From positions 124,001 through 188,000 of the forward strand of contig NIVC01000340.1 in the NCBI GenBank assembly GCA_002269645.1: a stretch of 64,000 nt of DNA, given 5' to 3'. The position numbers were made by a program, and so were the translations under genes. Positions within the stretch are counted from its first letter, which is position 1, and each line of letters begins with the position of its first letter. The notes under the pieces are model-generated. The model saw only the letters and a list, made by a program, of their open reading frames with translations, searched no databases and had not been told where the DNA came from. Source of the stretch: Macrostomum lignano (taxonomy: Eukaryota). Of this stretch, positions 12,001 through 22,586 are shown in pieces.

Positions 12001-13470
12001 TGAGCTACAGAGTGAGCTACAGAGTGAGCTACAGAGTGAGCTACAGAGTGAGCTACAGAGTGAGCTACAGAGTGAGCTACAGAGTGAGCTACAGATTGAG
12101 CTTCAGAGTGAGCTGCAGACTGAGCTACAGAGTGAGCTGCAGAGTGAGCTGCAGAGTTGAGCTACAGAGTGAGCTGCAGAGTGAGCTGCAGAGTGAGCTA
12201 CAGAGTGAGCTACAGAGTGAGCTACAGAGTGAGCTGCAGAGTGAGCTGCACAGTGAGCTGCAGAGTGAGCTATAGAGTGAGCTACAGAGTGAGCTACAGA
12301 GTTGAGCTACAGAGTGAACTATAGAGTGAGCTATAGAGTGAGCTACAGAGTGAGCTACAGAGTGAGCTACAGAGTGAGCTACAGAGTGAGCTACAGAGTG
12401 AGCTACAGAGTGAGCTACAGAGTGAGCTACAGAGTGAGCTACAGAGTGAGCTACAGAGTGAGCTGCAGAGCGAGCTACAGAGTGAGCTGCAGAGTGGGCT
12501 ACAGAGTGAGCTACAGAGTGAGCTGCAGAGCGAGCTACAGAGTGAGCTGCAGAGTGAGCTGCAGAGTGAGCTGCAGAGCGAGCTACAGAGTGAGCTACAG
12601 AGCGAGCTACAGAGTGAGCTACAGAGTGAGCTACAGAGTTGAGCTACAGAGCGAGCTGCAGAGTGAGCTGCAGAGCGAGCTGCAGAGTGAGCTACAGAGT
12701 GCTACAGAGTTGAGCTCAGAGTGAGGTGCAGGCTGAGCCAAAGAGTGAGCTATAGAGTGAGCTACAGCGTGAGCTACAGAGTGAGGTGCAGGCTGAGCCA
12801 AAGAGTGAGCTATAGAGTGAGCTACAGCGTGAGCTACAGAGTGGGGGAGCAGGAGAAATGCCCGCAGACGAATTGCCCGCTGAGATTTGCCCGCAGTGCA
12901 ATTTTCCCGCGAGTGAATTGCCCGCGGAGTTTTTTCCTGCCGAGTTTTGCCCGCAATGCTTTTTTACTGCAGCGCATTTGGCAGATAGATCCTGTCTGTA
13001 TTGCCCCCCCCCCCAAAAAAAAATAAATATGCAGTTGATATGCAGTTACTATCAAAACGTTTTGATCGTGTAAATCTCTTTATTAAGATTTACATGTACT
13101 AAGCATTGGGAAGGCAATGCAGACAAAATCTGCCGCGTGGCCAAATGCGCTGCAGTAAGAAAGCATTGCAGGCAAACCTCGGCGGGAAAAAACTCCGCGG
13201 GCAATTCACTCGCGGGAAAATTGCACTGCGGGCAAATCTCGGCGGGAAAAGCTCGGCGGGCAAATCTCCCGGGCAAATCTCGGCCGGCAATTATTCTGCG
13301 GGAATTTCTCATGCCACAGATTGGGTTACATGTACAGAGTTGAGCTACAGAGTGAGCTGCAGAGCTAGAGTTGAGCTACAGAGTGAGTCACAGAGTGAGC
13401 TGCAGAGTTGAGCTACAGAGTGAGTCACAGAGTTGAGCTACAGAGTGAGTCACAGAGTGAGCTACAGAGA
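9041..13470. repeat. 12-bp satellite (GAGCTACAGAGT / GAGCTGCAGAGT)n with higher-order structure
   Basis: Array interrupted by a recurring approximately 100-bp non-repetitive block (8945, 9915, 10446, 11352) and by a foldback element at 12853-13310; it resumes at 13338-13470. Confidence 0.97.
12853..13310. mobile_element. Foldback / MITE-like element with long imperfect inverted arms
   Basis: Left arm GAGAAATGCCCGCAG...GAGATTTGCCCGCAGTGCAATTTTCCCGCGAGTGAATTGCCCGCGGAGTTTTTTCC...ACTGCAGCGCATTTGGC is the reverse complement of 13139-13310; AT-rich spacer; no TSD identified. Confidence 0.85.
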
Positions 13471-13519
13471 GACTGACCAACAGTTGTCCCGTTTTGTCTC
13501 TTCTCAACTCTCTCCTAGC

Positions 13520-13520
13520 T

Positions 13521-13588
<68 letters not shown>

Positions 13589-13592
13589 TCTC
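13520..13592. repeat. (CT)n microsatellite
   Basis: Direct inspection. Confidence 0.97.
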
Positions 13593-14682
13593 TTCTCCTG
13601 TTTCCTCCCTCATCTGGCCCGGAATCATATGCTGAATTCATTTTTAAACTGACCCTTCCGACTAGTGCAATGGGCCTAGAGCCTTGCTTGCTGCTCATTG
13701 CTTCAACGAAGCTGGGGTGATCTGTTACTTTGCAACTATTGCAACTGCATGATGTTCGATCTATACGCTGGGGTTTTTTCACCAGAGACAAGGTGCGAAA
13801 TCACACCCTTATCTTTATGCTATTTTGCTTAGATTATTGTATGTAATCACCTACCTACTAAAATATAGACTGTTGTACTGGACGCTGCCATTGCCCGTGG
13901 GATGGTAGTTTTACAGTCAAATACGTAACCTAACTTATAGAACCTTAGCTTATACAGTATGTATATAGACTGATTTTTTTGAGAGATACATGTAATCGGC
14001 GCGCACTATGCGATAGTTTTAATCGAAGCTTCAAAACGCATTCTATAGAATTTTACTGAGAATGCAATGTCCCATCCTGTTTTTTGAAAATTTCTTTTTG
14101 GAGTTGGCTTTCGAACTTGCACATCGAAGCGCATCTGAAATTCGGATGCGAATTCACACCTAAAAAACTGCGGAAGAGGAAGCAATATTCTTCAAGATGT
14201 TTTTTTTAATTAAAAAAACGCAGATTAACAGTTTTATTTTGTATTAAAGCATCTAGTAGCTTAAAACTTGCAACTAGTATGTAAAATTTGTTTTACTCAT
14301 TAAAAAAATTGGCGCAAGTTTATTACATTTACTTTCTAAGATCAATTGTATCAGAGTCTAGCGTAATAGCCATTAATAGAAAAAGGTACCGCGTTTGTCT
14401 TCCGTCGTCGGTGCTGTATTTAAATTCACGCTTTTTCTGTTTTAGATATATTATAATTTTAATTTAATACAGCAGTAGTTCCAATATATCGTGTAGATCA
14501 TGTCGACAAGACAATTACATGAGATGACGATGACACGAGTCATGAGTCATTACTTAAGTCAAATATTGTCTACTCTAATAACATTGATAGTAAAAATATT
14601 TACGTTAACAGTAATCATCGGTTTCAGTGTTAATTTATAAGCTTTGTAAACTATATATGCTAATTTTGTCTCAAACTTGTAG

Positions 14683-15305
14683 GGACTTCTTCAAGTTTAT
14701 GTTGATAAAATAGTTTCAATTTGGATAGGAATAGGATCATAATTTTGTCTCTATAGGGGTTTTTGATGGTGCTGATTTCAAATTTGAGCTCCATTTTTAG
14801 GTAGCTTTATACCCAAATATATGTAGCTTAAAACCAACCACCGGGGCATGGGGAATAGGGGGGGTTTAGGGTGGGGAGATTCTTCATAGGGATTGATTTT
14901 ATCAACATAAACTTGAATAGAGGCATAGAGACCTATTCAAGATTGTGCTGATAAATTCCAATTCTAATAGGGGGGGGGTTGTAGCTTAAAACCAACCACC
15001 GGGGCATGGCGCATGGGGAATGGGGGGTTTTAGGGTGGGGAGATTTTTCATAGGGATTGATTTTATCAACATAAACTTGAATAGAGGCATAGAGACCTAT
15101 TCAAGATTGTGTTGATAAATTCCAATTCTAATAGGGGGGGGGTTGAAACAAGTTGGAATTTATTTGACAATGAATCTCTGTTTAATTATATCAACATAAA
15201 CTTGAAGAAAAAATACAAAACTTATTTAACCCAATTTATAACCCAAACTTATAACCAAATTTATAACCCAAATTATAACAATTAAACATAAACTTGAAGA
15301 AGTCC
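14683..15305. mobile_element. MITE-like element bounded by a perfect 21-bp inverted repeat, with an internal approximately 160-bp tandem duplication
   Basis: GGACTTCTTCAAGTTTATGTT (14683-14703) is the reverse complement of 15285-15305; ATCAACATAAACTTGAA recurs internally; 14823-14980 is duplicated at 14981-15143. No TSD recognised. Confidence 0.7.
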
Positions 15306-16021
15306 ACTTCCTTCTAGTTCTAGGTTTATGCCAATTTATACAAGTAGGCCTAGGGCCTATGTTATTCTACTGTATATATGTCATACTTATATAGCCTAGC
15401 AGTGTTGGGCAACGTTAATGAAAATCTTAACTTCCATTAATGGCAAAAGCATTAGCAATAAAACAAAAAATCTCAATTTATTAACTTATAATTTTGTTAA
15501 GTTAACTGAAAATTAACTGATAATTGTTAATATTAGGCCTAGAGTATTGGAGTATTTGAATTGTGCCCAATAGTGATTATGATATTATGACAAGTGTTAG
15601 CTAGACCTAGCTGCTTATTAAGCTCAGTCTAGTGTCTAGATCAGTGGTTGGCAAACTTTGGCCTGCCAGCTATATGCAGCCTACAAAGCCTCTATCCAAC
15701 CCATAGGGCCTAGTCAGGTAGGTGTACCATGTGCATCAAAATAAATTTCCCCTATTTTTTTCTAATGTGCTATGCACCAAAGCAATTTTTTTACTTGCAC
15801 CATGCACCAGTATTAACAATTGTTATAAAAGTTACATAAAATTTTGTTAGGTAAATTAACAATTGTTGTGAAAGCTATTATTATAATTATTAAAATTATA
15901 ATTGTCAAGAAAATAAGACTAAAAACTAGACTAACAATATTTAAATTAGTGTTAAGTTGATACTGAGAGAGAAGGAGCAATAAGTGGGTGCAGGGCCCAA
16001 ACCAGTATATTTATAGGACAT

Positions 16022-16193
16022 CATGCTTGGGCGCAACCTTGGGATTCACTTGGCCATTTCTATTGGCAACACATACATGTAAGTCACTATTGGACGGAAT
16101 AGTAGTCACGTGACTACTCTCAGCCAATAGTGACTTAAATGTATGCGTTGCCAATGGAAACGGCCGGGTGATTCCCAAGGTTGCACATGTATG
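16022..16193. mobile_element. 172-bp hairpin MITE with exact 8-bp TSD TAGGACAT
   Basis: TSD at 16014-16021 and 16194-16201; near full-length palindrome centred on GTCACGTGAC (16105-16114); the empty site ATAGGACATTAAATTGC is present in the paralogous segment near 17325-17345; second copy at 44842-45009. Confidence 0.92.
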
Positions 16194-16830
16194 TAGGACA
16201 TTAAATTGCAGGGTTTGAATTGAAGATAAAGAGAGGGATAGAGTGTGCAACTAGAGAAAAAATGAGAATGGAGAGCTAATCAAAAGGCAACAAGGGAGAA
16301 AGATAAAAATAACAAGATTGAGCTAGACAGAGATAGAGAGAAAATAGAGTAAACAGAGACAAGTGAAGGTAAACTTAAGAAACAACTAAGTAAGTTGCAA
16401 CACTCCTTCCAAAAATGTTCTTTTAACTTTTTTTCAAGTACCAAAAGAAATTATGAGTTAGAGTTCAAAATCTAATTTTTTAAGTAAATTAAACAATGCA
16501 ATTTATTATGACTACAAATGACTATGAATTTCAATACAAAACCTATGGTAGAGTGAATGCCAGATAGACCAAAAAATTTCATTTGCTACTTTAATTAATA
16601 ACCAATAAAAAACTAACTGTATATACCCTCCCCCAAAAAAATTAATTAATTTTTTTATAATTGTCATTTTAAAAAAAAAGAAAAAAACAATGATAACAAA
16701 TTTGATTAATTAGTTCAGGAAAGAGATAAGACACTCATACTATAGTTAATGAATGAAGATGAAGCAAATTCAAAAATTGACTGGGTGGAAGAATGAACTG
16801 AAGTCGCCACAAGCAAGATGATTTAACAAG

Positions 16831-17150
16831 CAAGACTGAAGTGCCCCTAGCAAACAAATCAAGACCATGGACCAGCAGACACAGCAGGATGCACACTGGG
16901 CAGATGAATGAGCAGAAGACAATCCAATGAGCGAGACTGAAGTGCCCCCGGCTAATAAATTGAGACTAGGGACCAGCAGACACAATAGGACATGCACTGG
17001 TCAGACAAATGAGCAGATTTTCCCAAGGAGCAAGACTGAAGTGCCCCTGGCTAATGAATCGAGACCAGGGACTAAGGGACTGGCAGACACAACAGGACAC
17101 ACACTGGGCAGACAAATGAGCAGCAAGGGCCAAACAAGAAGACAGTGAGG
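16831..17150. repeat. Diverged approximately 100-bp tandem repeat, 3 copies (CAAGACTGAAGTGCCCC...GCAGACAC...ACTGG...AATGAGCAG)
   Basis: Copies begin near 16831, 16933 and 17032. Confidence 0.8.
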
Positions 17151-17502
17151 GCTAGATTAGAAGACAGGTGCAGGGTTACAACAATGGCATAGCATGGCCT
17201 TTTCCAGCCTTACTGAATTGATTTATATTGACTGAATTATTTTACATTGGGTGCCATGTCGAGAAAATAAGACTAAAAACTAGACTAACAACATTTAAAT
17301 TTGAGTTAAATTGATACTGAGAGCGAAGGTGCAGTAAGTGGGTGCAAGGCCCAAACTAGTATATTTATAGGACATTAAATTGCAGGGGGTTTGAATTGAA
17401 GATAATAAAGAGAGGGGTGGAATGCACGACTAAAGAGAGGTGAAAATGGAGAGCCAATCAGAAGGCAGCTAGGGAGAGAGATAAGAATAACAAGATTGAG
17501 CT

Positions 17503-17615
<113 letters not shown>

Positions 17616-19059
17616 AAACATGAAAGAGTAAGTACAGTAAGAGTAAAGGTGAACTAAAGAAATGACTAGGAAAGTCGCAACAATAACAACAAAACTTCTA
17701 AAAATACAAAAATATATAGGCCTATTATGAAGACTACTTGATTTTATTATTATTTACTGATCAAAGGAATCTATCCCATGTGCCAACTGCGCCAAGTTGC
17801 AGGCTGTCATTTTTCCTTTTATGTCAAATGCACTGAGTATGCTGGAAAAATCGCCAATTTGTGCCAGAAGATTTTGACTATGGTATCCAACCCTTGGGCT
17901 TGGCCTTAGCTTAGGCATTTTGAAACTTCACAATAGCAATCTGGCTTGCACAATAATTATGCTTATTCTCAGCCTTTTTTATCTCTCTTCTCATCTCTCA
18001 TTTCTTTTCTTCTTTTTTCTCCTCTCCTTTCTCTTTTCTTCTTATTGTTGTCTATCAAGCTTTGCAGATAACAGTTGTATTTTAACTTAGGAAATAAGAT
18101 GTAAGCATAGCAGGTCTTAAAGAAAGAATAGGAAAGCTGGGGCCTTTAGCTGCTTTGGTGGGAAATTGAGGTTAGGAAAGATGACTATAAAGAATTGAGG
18201 CTAACATTAAAGGAATAAGTATTAGTGAAGGCGATTCTTCAGGGCACAACGCTTATCTTCCTTTTCCTCTCCATTCTCTTCTCCTCTCTCTCCTTTCTTT
18301 TCTTGTTCTCTTCTCTTCTATTTAATCCCTTTTATCTATCTTTTATCTTATCTTCTTTTATCTCCTTTATTCTTTTGCATCTCTTTTTTATTTCTCTTCT
18401 TTATTCTCTCTCCTCTTTCCCTTCCTTTGGCCTGCAGTCATGCCTGGTTCTCTATCTAGTCTGAGGTAAAATGTCTGCCAATCTCTGGTCTAGGTTGTGT
18501 AGACCCTAAGTGTTATACACTAAAACAAAAATCCTTTCTTAACTAAATAAATGTCAGTATATTCCAAAATAGAAAATTTCTATAAAATATATCAATTTCT
18601 CCTATACAAGGTCATTCAACTTCACAAATGAGTTTTATTTCTTGTCTTATAAGATAGTTGTATTTTAATTATAATAAGTTATTATTTAGTCTCATTGAAA
18701 AAAGTATCTACCAAAACAATGATATATCTATTAGAGTTTTTGCAATAATTTTCAATAATTTTTAATGGAAATTTTGATTAAAAAATGTTATTAATATATG
18801 TTTAGTTTATTATAAACTTTTTTAATTACCCGCTGGGCTGAATTTAGCTGTCTTTTATCTGATGTGTTGTCCAGAGTTTAATCCGGCAGGAATAGCAAAT
18901 TTACATGCAAAAAAATGGACGAAAACCGGACGAAAAGTTTACAAAACAGATGAAAGTGTTGAAAATATGACGTTTATCCGGTTTGGTATCCAGCTGTGTG
19001 TCCGGTTATTGCCCGATAAGTAATCCAGAGGAAGCCAGATAGGGCAGCGGAGCCAACTC

Positions 19060-19310
19060 CGGATGAAAACCGGATGAAATGTATGGATGTTGCAGCCAGA
19101 TGAGAAACCGGAGCCATTTCCGGATAAAATGTATGGATGTTACAGCCGGATGAGAAACCAGAGTCATTTCCGGATCAAAACCGGATGAAATGTATGGATG
19201 TTACAGCCAGATGAGAAACCGGAGCCATTTCCAGATGAAATGTATTGATGTTACAGCCGGATGAGAAACCGGAGCCATTTCCGGATCAAAACCGGATGAA
19301 ATGCATGGAT
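19060..19310. repeat. Subterminal 50-60-bp repeats (CCGGATGAAATGTATGGATGTTACAGCCGGATGAGAAACCGGAGCCATTT)
   Basis: About 4 copies inside the left end of the 18829-23860 element. Confidence 0.85.
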
Positions 19311-19873
19311 ACCTGTATACTGTCGTCGGATAATAATGTACATTCTAGATGCTTATTACTCAGCCTTAATTTGAGCTCCTTTACAGCGGCTTCCAAAGGT
19401 TTGGCACAAAAATTGCACTGTGTGGCGGCTATTATAGCTACGGCTCCTGCTCCTTATCTATAGCTGCTGCTCCTGCTTTGATTCTGCTCGTATCTGTATG
19501 AACAAGATAAGGCCAGATAGCAGAGTATTATAAAGGCTTTAATCGAAACAGTAAGGCGATCTATATAACTTTTATCCAGACACATACATGGGCGAATGCC
19601 GCAAAAATATTTGTAGGCCCAGTGCCAGTTTAATTATTACGACAATGAAAAGTAGCTAAAGTTCAACATTATAACGTATATGTCACTCACTTCTCCGCCT
19701 CAATGGAGTCAACGTCCCACGATTCGCTATCCAAAACTCCAACATACCAGTCCGCCTACTTTCTACTCTTCTGCGGCTTTCCCGGCCCGCCTGAAACCCG
19801 ACATTGTCAAGTTCATTATCAAGCATTAATGCAGCTGGACTGGTCCCATAGTGCCACACTGCGAAGTCATTAA

Positions 19874-21706
19874 TCAATTGTCACCAACTTTGGAGACCAG
19901 ATTCAGTAGGTCTTCCTGGTCTCCCTCGAGGTCGGTGATGTCCCTAATTGGCGGCTGGCCGAAAAGTTCTCTCGCCGCACCGAAAATCTTGCTGGCAGGG
20001 GCTTCGTCGGCCGAATCGTCACCAATGACACGCACAACCGTGTCAACGGCATCTTTGGCGACTGCCTTACCCGTACGTTTGGCAATGCGGCGGGCTCTAG
20101 GGGCCGTCGCGGAGGTCGCCTGCAGCTGTCGCACACGTTTAGGCAGCCCCAACTTCTGCCTGGCGGTTTCGCCGCAGCGGGTAAATGCTCTGTGCAGATC
20201 TCCACTATCATACTTGACACCGGCGTGCTGCAGCCAGAGCCTGGCGGCACCCAATTTGCCGGGATTGGCCTTCGTGGATACATAACCGGACGAGCTGCGG
20301 CCCGATAGGCTGCTGTGTGCGAGTTCGTTGTTCGTAAACAACGCTCTAAACAACGCCCTCATGACGGATAAACGGGCCGATCGCTGGGCCAAAAGGCGTG
20401 CCTGTTCGTCGACTGGTTCGTCAATGTCGACAGGCATCTGCAGTGACTGCTGTAAGTCGCGCAAGCGATTGTCAAGTGACGCACGAAGCTCTGTGCTCAC
20501 CTTTACCGACGGCATGCTGTCAGATACTGTGTGACTGTGTGCGAACGATGGTCCCGCCTCGGAGGCTGTTTTGCACACATTCAAGAGGCTTCGAGTCTGC
20601 GACGCCGACAGCTCGCAATGGACGGGAAAAATGATGGACTCTTCATCGTCCATCTGCACGTCGTCGTCGGGGCTGTTGACTCCGAAATTTTCGACGTCTT
20701 CAGGAGAAGTCGCGACAGCCCGATGAGCAGCTGCGAAGTTGGGCGTCAGGCAATCAGAGGCATGGATGATGTGCGCGTTAGTGGCCTTCACATTACGCTC
20801 CAGATTTAGAAACTTATTAGAACGCTCCAGTTCTAGATCGTGAACCAGCCTCTTCTCAATTTTCCCCGCGATGGCAAGGTTTTGTTGCAGGGCGCTCAAC
20901 TCCTGTCGCAGGCGGGCTTCGACTGCACGAGCCGCACTAATCTCAGCGGCTGAAATTGCAAGTCAACAGTTCAAATTTCATCAAATGTCATTAAAGAGGG
21001 GAGCAAAATTTATGAATTCTGAGTACTCACTCTGCGCGTCAGCCAGGAGCTTGGCTCTTCGCAGCTCAAGCGCAAACCCCTTACAGGAAGGGCACCCTCG
21101 GGGCAGCTCTGTCGGCTGTGCGTGGACGTTGGTCAAATTTGCGTCATCTGACGCAGCTGCTTTTGTAGCGAACGGACCGCGAATCAGTCTGCCGGCGTAC
21201 TTCCTGGCAGTCTTTCGGTTTGTTTTCGCGGTGACAACTTGTACAACGCAGCCAACAGTCACAGGACGTGCGGAGTCCCGAGCCACGGCGACTATTGCTG
21301 GTGTCGGAGCAGAGCTGTTTGTACCGACAACCTGAGTTTTTTCGTTATACTCGTCGTACTGAAAGACGAAGAACCTCTGTGTATTCTCACACTTGTATGG
21401 AACCATGTCGGTAGTACCTCGATTGGTTGCGGCGGCAGCAGTCTGTGACGACGAGTTCGCAGCGGAGTCGGCACCTCGATCGGCTGCGGCGGCAGCAGTC
21501 TGTGACGACGAGTTCGCAGCGGAGTCGGCACCTCGATCGGCTGCGGCGGCAGCAGTCTGTGACGACGAGTTCGCAGCGGAGTCGGCACCTCGATCGGCTG
21601 CGGCGGCAGCAGTCCGTGACGACGAGTTCGCAGAGACTGTCTTCGGCGGGCGACTAGTAGGCTTTTTGTCTTTTTGTCCTTTGTCACGTGCTGCTTTGTG
21701 CTTCAT
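19874..21706 (-). CDS. Coiled-coil plus BEN-domain-like protein (transposon cargo), at least 2 exons, about 583 aa from the ATG at 21706
   Basis: Exons 21706-21031 and 20949-19874, 81-nt GTGAGT...TTTCAG intron, phase 1 matches. Segment at about 20380-20150 (VMRALFRALFTNNELAHSSLSGR...KANPGKLGAARLWL...LHRAFTRCGETARQK) fits the BEN pattern L..LF...EL...S..G...L.P.K...I. Heptad segment RLRQELSALQQNLAIAGKIEKRL; in-frame 57-bp repeats. The true 5' start is uncertain. Confidence 0.7.
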
Positions 21707-21911
21707 CTTGTTGCTGAAGTTGTTCATGTAATTAAAGATTAAAATTGTATTCAATGAAACGAAATTATCTATATACTTTCATACGTGGAAATATTTGTGT
21801 GTAGTAAATTCAGTGGCAGAATCCATATTGGATGATTAACGGCGCAATGCAGATGCATGTTTAATAGTCCACCGATTGACCGATTAGTTTGTGCACTGAA
21901 TTCTGAATCTG

Positions 21912-22586
21912 CTAAACAGTCCAAAAATACGTCTTACCACTGCCATCGTCGGCTAGATGACCTTGGCGATCGTCATCAGACTCGTCCCGCTGCGATGCAG
22001 CAGATTCGTCATCAGACTCGGCCCGCTGCGATGCAGTAGATTCGTCATCAGACTCGGCCCTCTGCGATGCTGCAGATTCGTCATCAGATTCGGCCCGCTG
22101 CGATGCAGCAGATTCGTCATCAGACTCGGCCCGCTGCGATGCAGCAGATTCGTCATCAGACTCGACCCGCTGCGATGCAGCAGATTCGTCATCAGACTCG
22201 GCCCGCTGCGATGCAGCAGATTCGTCATCAGACTCGGCCCGCTGCGATGCAGCAGATTCGTCACCAGACTCGACCCGCTGCGATGCAGCAGATTCGTCAC
22301 CAGACTCGGCCCGCTGCGATGCAGCTGATTCGTCACCAGACTCGGCCCGCTGCGATGCAGCTGATTCGTCACCAGACTCGGCCCGCTGCGATGCAGCAGA
22401 TTCGTCATCAACTGACGTAGCGCCCTCGGCAGGGTTGGCCGACCGGGATCCAACACTGCTGGGACGCACCGGAGATCGTGAACAATCTGTTCTCGAGCCA
22501 CGTCCTCCTCGGGCAGCTGCTCTGCGTTTGCGCATGTACTGTCGCATGTACTCGCGACGCCCGCGGTTGATTTCATCGCCATCCAT
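21912..22586 (-). CDS. ORF with a basic N-terminal helix (RREYMRQYMRKRRAA) and 12 in-frame acidic 12-aa repeats (DDESAASQRAES); probably the first exon of the cargo transcript
   Basis: ATG at 22586; GC-rich; the 36-bp repeat keeps the frame; strong donor G|GTAAGA at 21938/21937. Confidence 0.6.
   Translation of the reverse strand: MDGDEINRGRREYMRQYMRKRRAAARGGRGSRTDCSRSPVRPSSVGSRSANPAEGATSVDDESAASQRAESGDESAASQRAESGDESAASQRAESGDESAASQRVESGDESAASQRAESDDESAASQRAESDDESAASQRVESDDESAASQRAESDDESAASQRAESDDESAASQRAESDDESTASQRAESDDESAASQRDESDDDRQGHLADDGSGKTYFWTV

Noticed and set aside
9084-12724. (ELQS)n and (VSYR/VSCR)n ORFs as coiled-coil or Cys-rich proteins
   Set aside because: Translations of the 12-bp satellite; frames are broken repeatedly by single-base insertions, with no start context or unique domain.
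8945-12840. CRISPR-like alternation of a constant block and variable segments
   Set aside because: Eukaryotic context, no cas genes, and the variable segments are 12-bp tandem repeats rather than unique spacers.
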